DNA from: Macrostomum lignano
Taxonomy: Eukaryota
Direction of reading: 5' to 3'
Assembly (NCBI GenBank): GCA_002269645.1
Contig: NIVC01003191.1
Location: 1-64,000 of the forward strand
Length of the DNA: 64,000 nucleotides
Shown here: positions 9,671 to 20,735 of the stretch, one piece after another
How the letters are laid out: each line of letters starts with the position of its first letter
Position numbering within the stretch: position 1 is the first letter of the stretch
Translations under genes and position numbers: made by a program
Notes under the pieces: generated by a model
What the model saw: the letters and a program-made list of their open reading frames with translations, nothing else
Told to the model about the DNA's origin: nothing
The model's database searches: none

Positions 9671-12600
9671 TCACCAGGCTTTGCCACCGCGGTGCGCTGA
9701 CGATACTGTCAGGGGCGGTCGAGGCACCGTTATAGTTCTCTTCGGTCCGGTCGTGGCTGGAGTGACAGGAGCCACTCGCGCTGGACGACCCGGTGCGAAA
9801 TTCGATCCGGTCGTGGCTGGAGTGACAGGAGCCACTCGCGCTGGACGACCCGGTGCGAAATTTGATGTTTGCTTCGGGTCCTTCTGCTTTGCTTGTCCAT
9901 TGCTGGCAGTGATGTCCGTCTTGATAGCGACGGCTGCCACCACAGTGTGCTCCGAGCTGACGCTCATGACAGCGCTGCCGGCGTCGCTGCTATTGAAGCT
10001 GCCGGGCGCCTGATGGCTGCGCCACTGGCGTCGAGTCCGAAGGCCCCTGGCCGCTGTGCGGAGCTCACCAATCAACACGAAGAGCAGCTCAAACAGTTCG
10101 CAAACAGTCAGTAGCGACATTCCCAGATAAAGACCCAGGATGCCACCAATGCTGGAGAACAGGTCAAAGATCAGGTAAGACGGCACCTCTTCCATCAGTG
10201 TGCTGAAGTCTGTGTACTCGCCGAGGCTTACTTGCGCGAAATTTGTTGAAAAATCTCTCTGCACCTCCGGTGGCGTTGTTATGTTGCGTAAAAAGTAATA
10301 AAACGTATCCGGTGGAGTAACGTTGTGAGCCAATAGATTACCAATAGTCTGGTTCATTATGCTGTTCTTGCAACTGACGGCCAAGCTGTTTAGCGGCCAG
10401 GAGGTCATGGATATGACCGGGGTGTAGATTCGCTCAGCGCAGTTGGGTAAGCATTTGGTCATGGTGTTAAAGTGGCTGCTCTTCTTCAGGATGGCGTCGC
10501 GTTCGCAGTTGCGTCGCTTCAAGAAATCAGCCGTACTAGTTTCAGCAACAAAGTACTGACAGCGCGTTTTAGTAAACGTCTCAGTGAGATTGACGTACGG
10601 CGGCGCTATTCTGGTCGAGAAACAGTCGCAGTCGGCCATTATTTTCTCCAAAAGTGTCCGGTACTGACAGTCAATCCGGTTTTTTCGAAACTTTATTCGA
10701 TTCCTGTCCGAGTCTTCGTAGTAGGCGATTCCGCTGTCTTCTATACAGACCTTCGAGTTGCGACTGACGTACCTGTATTTGTTGGCGTGATGACGATAAG
10801 GACTGTTTTTGGCCATAAAAGTTTGAGTTTTATAAAGAATAAAGTGTTAAAGTATAAATCGCAAAGTTTTACATGTAGTTGATCTAATTTATTTTATTCT
10901 ATGCTAGCTTAGATGGTAAAAGGTAAAATACTGTAAATTACTCATTTATTGAAACGATCCTCTGCAACTTTGGCTTTTGGCTTTAAAATGAGTCATGACA
11001 ACGGATTATCGTTTGATTTCGATCACAAAATTCTATCAAGTTTTAGTTCAAAGGAGTTTTATCTTACAGTTCAAGTTTAACAAATGCTTGGAATCGTAGA
11101 TGCCTTTTGAATTCAAATACATTTGTTAGTCTATCGGAAACTGAATAGAAGTTGAATTTTTCTAAAGAAAACTCATGGATTAATGAATCCCTTCAATTTT
11201 CAACAACTCACAAAATCACTATAGCCCGTTTCCATGGTAACATTTGAATCCTGTGTTGATGACTGCAAGCTTATAAAGGATGCCCACTGGCTGACTCCAG
11301 ATTGAAAAATTAGCCGCCTATTGTCGTCAGTGAAGCAAATAAAATGAAAACTGTCAATCTATATTTAGTGAAATTTGATTCGTTTGCTACAGTAACTTTT
11401 AGCTTTTGGAGACGAGTTTTGTTTCATAACTCATTTTAAACAAAAGAAAACGACTGCATTTGTGACGGAACATTTTTTCTTAAATAACTACCGATTTGCG
11501 CAATATACGAGTGCAGATGACCTCAAGCCAGCCGGCCAACTCACGCTGATATCTGTGCTATCTAAGTACTCGTAGAATAAAATGATCTCCTTTGAGCTAA
11601 AGAAAGAAGGGCACGTTTTTCTAAAGGACTTATACATGTACAATGTGACTTTGTAAATGATATTGCGGGAACCCTCGCGCTACGGCTTTGGCCGTGACAT
11701 CGCTCAACTAAACCAGCGCTGAGACAATACTGCCCATTCCACTGACTCTTGAGCACTTGCAAGCGCGCGGTACCTGTATGCAGGTACGCAATCAAGCATG
11801 TACACTCCGTGACCTGGGTGTTGGCCCTGATGAGTGTGACTCGAACGACAACCGCTCGTGCACAATACCCAAATTAGTATAACCGTGTACCTACGTACAA
11901 CCAAACTTAGAGTCATGGTGCCAGAGTCAGACACGTTAGCTGCTCTGCTTTTGAGGTGAATCCTCTAGCCTAAGTTTTAACATGCCTGAAAAATAAACAG
12001 ACGTAGTAACTCACCTGTGCTCAACCATTTGAAAGTCCACATAGGAATGGACACCAGGCGACAGATTGATATAGTCCCTAGGATAGTGGTCCTTATCCCC
12101 GTAGAATAGAATCGCTCCGCCAGATTTCGACACGTCGTATTCGCCTTCAAATGTGACGCCAGCAGTCAGCATGCGGTAGACCTCCATGCTGTACGGATGC
12201 GTCACGACTGGGTTGGTGTCCGTGAACAGAACCTTGTGAAAAAAAATCAGACAAGTTGAAGGGGAATATGATTTTAAACGACGGAATGCAGCCCGAAGTA
12301 TATACCTCCGAGCTTCAGTGTCTGAAATATTAAAATGTTAGAATTGTTCCCAAGAATTGACTTTGACGGGAACCTCACCAGCTCAAGTTGAAACTCAGCC
12401 ACATCTCTGGTCGCATTCAACAGCGCCTCAGACGGTTGAAATCGGAAACAATTGCCAAACTGGCTGTCCCAGAAATTCTGAAAGTTCGCGTAGCTGCACT
12501 CTTGGCCCTTGTAGCGGCACCGGACAATGAAGTATTCGCGTCGATGGCCGAGGTACCGCAGCAGCAGGGAAGAATCGAACATGTCCCGAGACACCTGCAT

Positions 12601-12984
12601 GAGGATGTCGGTGTTGTAGCCAAATCCGTGACTTTCAACTACGCTCTGAGTCGAATAGGCCTCCGACAGCAGTCGCATGTACACATCGTAGTGCTTAGTG
12701 ACCGTTTCATAATAGTTTGTTGACGATATGGGACTAACATTGCAGACGGTGATGTCCGGGGTCTCGAACGGTATCGCTCCGGGGCTGATGTTGGCTGACA
12801 CCGGCGTGCTGAGGTAGTTAGTGATCAGCAGTGTTATGTGGTAGCTGAATCCCCCAAAGCTGGTCAATAGAAAGGCCAACCACATGCATTTGATCGGGAA
12901 TGACTGCGAAGGATGCAGTCGACTGAAGCCATGAGCTGTTGTGGATGAGATGAACTCGCTAATTGATTTGGTGCTCAGCTCCAT
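9671..12984 (-). CDS. DEG/ENaC family subunit 2; exons 12984-12379, 12232-12015 and probably 10802-9671
   Basis: TTAHGFSR HG motif, TM1, FETPDITVCN, FGNCFRF, LSPG, Cys-rich thumb (CDC...CLPNC), SWP, TM2 IGGILGLYLGMSLLTVCE. The acceptor at 10803 (aaacag|T) is inferred from phase. Confidence 0.88.
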
Positions 12985-13614
12985 CGTGGATCAACTGATT
13001 CAGAATCGGTGCTCTAGGAGAAGAGTTCTTGCTCCTCCAGCTTCCCATATCTGGCTTTTAGAAATAGCCCTGAGTAACAAAGTATAGAGCCAGCCAATAG
13101 CGATGGCCGATGTGTCCCAACTCCCCAGTCAGCGAAAATTGCAGCCTCACAAAAACGCATCACTTCACAAACACTAACAATCAGGCAGGCAATCCGACAA
13201 ACAATCCCTGATCAGCGCTTTGATCAGCGCGAGCAATTAGCAGTATCCGATCCCAGTAGCCACTGCAATGATTTTCTTTTAATTATTACAATAGTTATAA
13301 GAAATGATTAGGTGATCTTGTCAGACACAAAGATCGTAACTGGAAACCGGAACAAAACCGGAACCGGTCCATGCTTTCTCTTTCGTCACCACAGTTAGCA
13401 TTTAATTAGACTCAGGGACCTGTGGCACTAACTACTTATTAATTAATTGTTATTAATAATAATGACAATAAATATAATTATATTCGCAGCCGGGTTGTCG
13501 GCTCCTTGACGTAAAGCTTCAGCCACATCGTCTTTCACCCAGCGCACTGAGGCAGTTCTGCCCATGCCGCTGACTCCTGAGCACACATGCAAGCGCGCCT
13601 ATACTGCTATACTG

Positions 13615-13930
13615 TACGTAGGCAGTCGGAGCTGACGCAGACACAAGCGGTCGACGTGCTGATGAAATTTGGTGGCTTGGCAAGGCTGCACTGACGCGCA
13701 GTGCTGATTGGCGCAGAAGTCGATGCATTGATTACACTAGAGTTTAAGGGAAAAATCCGACCTTCTGGCAGAATTGTTAAATATCTCGAACGTCCGTAGT
13801 GCAGGCGACTTAACTCTTGTTTGAGAAGGTGCGCAACAAAAAGTTAGCCTAATTTTTTCCTTTTTGTGTGCCTGCAATGTTCCGTCCCGGTGCAGAAAAA
13901 AATTGTCAGGGGGTGGGAACTTCCCCCGGC
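13615..13930. mobile_element. Diverged solo copy of the repeat arm also found at 25790-26095 and 26830-27019
   Basis: Shared blocks gtgctgatgaaatttgg..cttggcaaggctgcactga, aaatccgaccttctggcagaat and ttgtttgagaaggtgcgcaacaaaaagttag. Confidence 0.8.
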
Positions 13931-15309
13931 CCTTGTTAGTTCTACTCTGAAGCCAACAGCAGTCGCAATGCTTGCTCACCAAACAGTTTGCCGTCACAGA
14001 AGTCACAAAGTTTTGTGTTAGAACGGTTCATTGCGCACGTACTGAAATCGGACCTTAGCTAACAAATAGCATGCATTCCTAGTTAACAAAGCTCCACAGG
14101 TTGGGTACAAGAGAAAATTGATTGTGGACATTGTTGGGGAACAGCCTTAAGTTACTTGGGCAGGGGTTTCCTTGGGCATGCTGATTGCCAACAGCTAACT
14201 GGGCTTGTATTGTTAGTATATCAGGACTGTAATAAACCGTTACGTGCGATGCACAGCTAATGCATGAGCTCACTGACTGATCTCAGAGCTGAACCCATCC
14301 TAACTGGGCGGTTTTGCAGAGCCGAGCTTTTTCATCACTTGATCAAATGCTCTGACCCACTGCAAATCTAGCTATTGTATACCCCATCATAACTCTTAAA
14401 TATTAATTTCATGCCCAAATAGCTTTATTAAGGACTTAAAATAGCTTTAATCGCAGCCTGCATTAAGCGATCTCTCAGTATACCCTGTAAAAACATCAAG
14501 GAATTAAGCGGGATGCTTCAAGCCCACGCGTATGACAGATTTTGATAACGATGGCCATTGTCAGTTGAATATTTTTAATTCAGCTAAGGCCGGCGCCCCG
14601 TCCAGCGTTTTAATTAAGCTAAAAATTTGGCAGGTAAAAGACCGACAGGCAGCAGATCAAAGGGACTTTGAATAACAACGTGGTACAGGACTGGCAAATA
14701 TGAGACATTAAAACTTGCAACTGGCATTTATTTAATGTATAAATGTACATCCAACTTGACAACATTAATCAAAACAGGTAGCATAGTTGACTAAATGATA
14801 AAAATAACAAATTCTCCATCTCACACGCTGTTTTTCGCGCTCAAAAAAATTTCTATTTTACAATGATGCCACATTTTACGTATTTGGTGGTACTGTTAGT
14901 AGCACAGCTCACAAAGCGAACAGAAGCAGTATAGCTGATGAACAGTTCCTGCTTAGCACAGAAGGCAAAAACAAAGCTCTGACAAACAGGGTTCGGTATT
15001 TCAACAGACGCTTACATAACAGCAGGTAAAAAAATGAGAGGAAGTAACTATAAACAGAAAAGTGCACGGAGCAACACACAGGGAATCAGAATGATCGGCG
15101 AGTGGCACAACCGTTTGTTTGGTTTTTGTAAATTGAACTGATAAAATTTTGGACATTGATTGACCCAGAGTTACCATTGACATCCTGCCACTAGAATTGG
15201 ATAGGCAGTAAAAAGTTTTTTCCAAGTCATTTACAAGCTTTACAATAAGGGACACATTTTTTATTAATAAGTGCACCCGAATGCACGTACGAGTATGTTA
15301 TTTTCCTTG

Positions 15310-18300
15310 GTTGATGGGCGCCCATGTCTCTTGGTGGGCGCCCCTGTCTCTTGGTGGGCGCCCCTGTCTCTTGGTGGGCGCCCCTGTCTCTTGGTGGGCG
15401 CCCCTGTCTCTTGGTGGGCGCCCCTGTCTCTTGGTGGGCGCCCCTGTCTCTTGGTGGGCGCCCCTGTCTCTTGATGGCGCCTCTATCTCTTGGTGGGCGC
15501 CCATATCTCTTGGTGGGCGCCCCTGTCTCATGGTGGGCGCCCCTGTCTCTTGGTGGGCGCACCTGTCTCTTAGTGAGCGCCCCTATCTCTTGGTGGGCGC
15601 CCCTGTCTCTTGATGGGCGCCCCTGTCTCTTGGTGGGCGCCCCTATCTCTTGGTGGGCGCCCCTGTCTCTTGGTGGGCGCCCCTGTCTCATGGTGGGCGC
15701 ACCTGTCTCTTGGTGGTCGCCCCTGTCTCTTGGTGAGCGCCCCTATCTCTTGGTGGGCGCCCCTGTCTCTTGGTTGGCGCACCTGTCTCTTAGTGAGCGC
15801 CCCTATCTCTTGGTGGGCGCCCCTGTCTCTTGATGGGCGCCCCTGTCTCTTGGTGGGCGCCCCTGTCTCTTGATGGGCGCCCCTGTCTCTTGGTGGGCGC
15901 CCCTGTCTCTTGGTGGGCGCCCCTATCTCTTGGTGGGCGCCCCTGTCTCTTGGTGGGCGCCCCTGTCTCATGGTGGGCGCACCTGTCTCTTGGTGGTCGC
16001 CCCTGTCTCTTGGTGAGCGCCCCTATCTCTTGGTGGGCGCCCCTGTCTCTTGGTTGGCGCACCTGTCTCTTAGTGAGCGCCCCTATCTCTTGGTGGGCGC
16101 CCCTGTCTCTTGATGGGCGCCCCTGTCTCTTGGTGGGCGCCCCTGTCTCTTGATGGGCGCCCCTGTCTCTTGGTGGGCGCACCTGTCTCTTGGTGGGCGC
16201 CCCTATCTCTTGGTGGGCGCCCCTGTCTCTTGGTGGGCGCCCCTGTCTCATGGTGGGCGCACCTGTCTCTTGGTGGTCGCCCCTGTCTCTTGGTGAGCGC
16301 CCCTGTCTCTTGGTGGGCGCCCCTGTCTCTTGGTGGGCACCCCTGTCTCTTGGTGGGCGCCCCTGTCTCTTGGTGGGCACCCCTGTCTCTTGGTGGGCGC
16401 CCCTGTCTCTTGGTGGGCACCCCTGTCTCTTGGTGGGCGCCCCTGTCTCTTGGTTGGCGCACCTGTCTCTTGGTGGGCGCCCCTGTCTCTTGGTGGGCGC
16501 CCCTGTCTCTTGGTGGGCGCCCCTGTCTCTTGGTTGGCGCACCTGTCTCTTGGTTGGCGCACCTGTCTCTTGGTTGGCGCACCTGTCTCTTGGTTGGCGC
16601 ACCTGTCTCTTGGTGGGCGCCCCTGTCTCTTGGTGGGCGCCCCTGTCTCTTGGTGGGCGCCCCTGTCTCTTGGTTGGCGCACCTGTCTCTTGGTTGGCGC
16701 ACCTGTCTCTTGGTTGGCGCACCTGTCTCTTGGTTGGCGCACCTGTCTCTTGGTGGGCGCCCCTGTCTCTTGGTTGGCGCACCTGTCTCTTGGTGGGCGC
16801 CCCTGTCTCTTGGTGGGCGCCCCTGTCTCTTGGTGGGCGCCCCTGTCTCTTGGTTGGCGCACCTGTCTCTTGGTTGGCGCACCTGTCTCTTGGTTGGCGC
16901 ACCTGTCTCTTGGTTGGCGCACCTGTCTCTTGGTGGGCGCCCCTGTCTCTTGGTGGGCGCCCCTGTCTCTTGATGGGCGCCCCTGTCTCTTGGTGGGCGC
17001 CCCTGTCTCTTGATGGGCGCCCCTGTCTCTTGGTGGGCGCACCTGTCTCTTGGTGGGCGCCCCTATCTCTTGGTGGGCGCCCCTGTCTCTTGGTGGGCGC
17101 CCCTGTCTCATGGTGGGCGCACCTGTCTCTTGGTGGTCGCCCCTGTCTCTTGGTGAGCGCCCCTGTCTCTTGGTGGGCGCCCCTGTCTCTTGGTGGGCAC
17201 CCCTGTCTCTTGGTGGGCGCCCCTGTCTCTTGGTGGGCACCCCTGTCTCTTGGTGGGCGCCCCTGTCTCTTGGTGGGCACCCCTGTCTCTTGGTGGGCGC
17301 TCCTGTCTCTTGGTTGGCGCACCTGTCTCTTGGTGGGCGCCCCTGTCTCTTGGTTGGCGCACCTGTCTCTTGGTTGGCGCACCTGTCTCTTGGTTGGCGC
17401 ACCTGTCTCTTGGTGGGCGCCCCTGTCTCTTGGTGGGCGCCCCTGTCTCTTGGTTGGCGCACCTGTCTCTTGGTTGGCGCACCTGTCTCTTGGTTGGCGC
17501 ACCTGTCTCTTGGTTGGCGCACCTGTCTCTTGGTGGGCGCCCCTGTCTCTTGGTGGGCGCCCCTGTCTCTTGATGGGCGCCCCTGTCTCTTGGTGGGCGC
17601 CCCTGTCTCTTGATGGGCGCCCCTGTCTCTTGGTGGGCGCACCTGTCTCTTGGTGGGCGCCCCTATCTCTTGGTGGGCGCCCCTGTCTCTTGGTGGGCGC
17701 CCCTGTCTCATGGTGGGCGCACCTGTCTCTTGGTGGTCGCCCCTGTCTCTTGGTGAGCGCCCCTGTCTCTTGGTGGGCGCCCCTGTCTCTTGATGGGCAC
17801 CCCTGTCTCTTGGTGGGCGCCCCTGTCTCTTGGTGGGCACCCCTGTCTCTTGGTGGGCGCCCCTGTCTCTTGGTGGGCACCCCTGTCTCTTGGTGGGCGC
17901 CCCTGTCTCTTGGTGGGCACCCCTGTCTCTTGGTGGGCGCCCCTGTCTCTTGGTTGGCGCACCTGTCTCTTGGTGGGCGCCCCTGTCTCTTGGTGGGCGC
18001 CCCTGTCTCTTGGTGGGCGCCCCTGTCTCTTGGTTGGCGCACCTGTCTCTTGGTTGGCGCACCTGTCTCTTGGTTGGCGCACCTGTCTCTTGGTTGGCGC
18101 ACCTGTCTCTTGGTTGGCGCACCTGTCTCTTGGTGGGCGCCCCTGTCTCTTGGTGGGCGCCCCTGTCTCTTGGTGGGCACCCCTGTCTCTTGGTGGGCGC
18201 CCCTGTCTCTTGGTGGGCGCCCCTGTCTCTTGGTGGGCGCCCCTGTCTCTTGGTGGGCACCCCTGTCTCTTGGTTGGCGCACCTGTCTCTTGGTGGGCGC

Positions 18301-18415
18301 CCCTGTCTCTTGGTTGGCGCACCTGTCTCTTGGTGGGCGCCCCTGTCTCTTGGTGGGCGCCCCTGTCTCTTGGTGGGCGCCCCTGTCTCTTGGTGGTCGC
18401 CCCTGTCTCTTGGTT
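15310..18415. repeat. 20-bp GC-rich minisatellite (tggtgggcgcccctgtctct), ~3.1 kb, with higher-order blocks
   Basis: Directly visible; variant units recur in the same order. Confidence 0.97.
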
Positions 18416-18951
18416 TGCGTCTCCTTACCTTACTAGGCATACATATGCCCTGTCCAAGAAGTATTTAAGTGTTGCAGCTCATGCGATACATTCAGCTTGT
18501 AGACCTTTTTCTTATCTTTTTGTAGGGGCTGAGTGGGTGGTTGTCGGCACCCGAGTACGCCACTGGCACAGGTTAAAAGCGTTCTCCGTTGTAAGTCCCC
18601 CATGGGTAAAAACTTTAGGTTCATGTATAGGCATGGTTCATATTGCATCTTAAAGAGATCCATGAAGTAAACATGGCAATCCAGTTTCAGAAACTCACAA
18701 GGGCGCACAAATCTTGAAAATTAATTTACAATGCTGTAAAGCTCGTTAGCTTCTGGAGGGGTTCAGTGTAGATGAAAATTACAAGGATGGAGATACGCGA
18801 GCCGCTGTACGCTTATACGAGCGTAATTGTCTCCTATAGACTTAACCATATCACAAGACAAAAGCGGAAATGAAAAATCACAAAAAGAACCAACTGAAAA
18901 GCATTTTTGAGATCAGATTGATAATACAGTTTCGACAGAGTGTTACTTGGT

Positions 18952-19126
18952 TCAGTATCCAAGGAATCGCTGTATCAATTGACCAGCTGCCTGGGTCGGG
19001 GCCTCGGTTTCAGACGAACTTAGTGTCAGCGGTGCCTCTGTGAGGCGTTCCGTCGACTGGACTCGCCGAGCGACTCTCAACACCGTTGACGCCTGCGAGA
19101 GCGTCAGTTTAGGGGGGGGGGGCATT
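18952..19126 (-). CDS. Putative terminal exon of the Shaw/Kv3 gene (needs +1 nt in a homopolymer run)
   Basis: Acceptor acag|AA. With 12 rather than 11 C it reads ECPPPPKLTLSQASTVLRVARRVQSTERL...QRFLGY*. Confidence 0.3.
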
Positions 19127-19680
19127 CTGTTGAAGTGAAACTGCTGTTTATAATAAACGAATGTCTGCTTTGATACACTTTTACACTATAGGCTTTAATT
19201 CAAGTTGTTCGTTCATGTTTCAGTTAAAATCAACACTAGAGCTAGACTTTAAAAACGTGCCAGTATACAGAAGACCCAACTCTTTGTAGTTAGTGAGATT
19301 TTCTTGCAACACCCTGTTTCGCAAGATTAAAGCGCTGCTTTGACAATTCTCACTTCCGAAGGTAATAGCGATTGAGTTATTTATGCGTTTTTGGAGGCTA
19401 AGAATTCACTACTGGCGATCGAGTAGTGTGTTTTGACCTTTTGGTCTTCAGTTGTCCAGATACAAAAGTAAGAATACATCTTGAATAAAGGAGAAAAATA
19501 GGATCGCCAAATAAATTATGTGCATCTTCATAATCCGTACAGCAATGCAATGTCGGCGACATTGTCAAAAATTCCAACATCTTTCGACGCCGCTAGAAAT
19601 GTTAATTTTAAAATCAAACCGACGTAAATCGTCGTCATCCATCGAGTGGCTCCAGCTTAGAAACCAATTCAGCTTCTTAC

Positions 19681-19833
19681 CTGGCAGTCTAGAATGATGA
19701 ATAATTGCTCGCATATCCTCTGGCTGAGTCAGCTGCTCCGAGTGATTTTCCTCGCTGGCGTTGCCCCCTGCGGTTCGTAGCGAATTTGAAGCAACGTTAG
19801 TTTCTGTGCTGGGCTTTCTATGTTCAAAGTTAC
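19681..19833 (-). CDS. Putative C-terminal exon of Shaw/Kv3
   Basis: Open phase1-phase1 frame GNFEHRKPSTE...IIHHSRLP with strong donor G|gtaaga; acceptor is weak. Confidence 0.4.
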
Positions 19834-20444
19834 CTCCAACGAATAGCGTTATTTAAGAGCTTCTTACAACTTTACAATTGATTATCGAAAATTAACGGCA
19901 CCACATTTCCAAAACGGGGTATTCGTTGCGTACATGAACCACAATGAGAAGCTCAGCTCAATGTAACTGCCTTTAGAAAGACTTAGGATAGTTACGGCAG
20001 ATTAGTTACATGCACTTTGACAAATCAATTCTACTTAAAAAATGCGTTTTAAGCTTAGCAATGCACCTTTGGCCTTTTAATAAGATTTCCCAGCTTATCC
20101 GAAAGGTTTTTCATCTACGGAATTCGGTCAAACAGCTCGCACGGCATGACACAAATTAAAAACCATGACGCGAAACTGCATAAGTAATAAAGTTTACAAT
20201 CGTGCAAGAGTACATCAAAGTGAAGCTTGGTGATATAGTAGGCACAGCCCAGATTTTCCACAAACAGTAGCTATATGACGAAAGCGTTAAGAAACTGACA
20301 GAGCCATAATCAGTAAGACAATTTAGGGGAGGTTCAGTTAAAATGACGTGCATTATCGACTGCAGAAGCACACACAGCAAAATAACTTAACATCAACCGG
20401 AATTAAAATTTCAGATGCTCTCTGAATCTGAGATAATTTTATAC

Positions 20445-20735
20445 CGGTGACACCCTGCTGTGCGGACTGTGATGAGGAAATGATCTGCGAATCAGTGCCA
20501 GTGCTGCTCAAACAGTGATCAGTCTGTGCGATTTGGTGCCGTCTCTGCTCCTCGGAGGCCTCAACGAGCACCTTTGGCTGCTCAACAGAGGTAAGAATTG
20601 GCTCGTCTAGCTGAATAACAGCTGCTCGCCTGGCATGCAGCTGATATGGCTGCTGCTGTGTACCTGTGCTCTGCTGCTCCACCTGCCCAGTGCTATTGTT
20701 CACCAGCAGCATGGGTAATTGCTCCTCTTTCAGAC
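20445..20735 (-). CDS. Putative C-terminal exon of Shaw/Kv3 (Gln/Ser-rich)
   Basis: gcgcag|GT acceptor in phase with the S6 exon; open frame GLKEEQLPMLLVNNS...QQGVT; donor G|gtataa. Confidence 0.55.

Noticed and set aside
11820-11870. Hammerhead-like CTGATGA..GAA
   Set aside because: Stem II is only one base pair, GAAA is incomplete and there is no valid NUH site.
15227-18653. ORFs up to 830 aa on both strands (RQGRPPRDRGAH.. / LVGAPVSWW..)
   Set aside because: Translations of a stop-free 20-bp minisatellite, open in nearly all frames.
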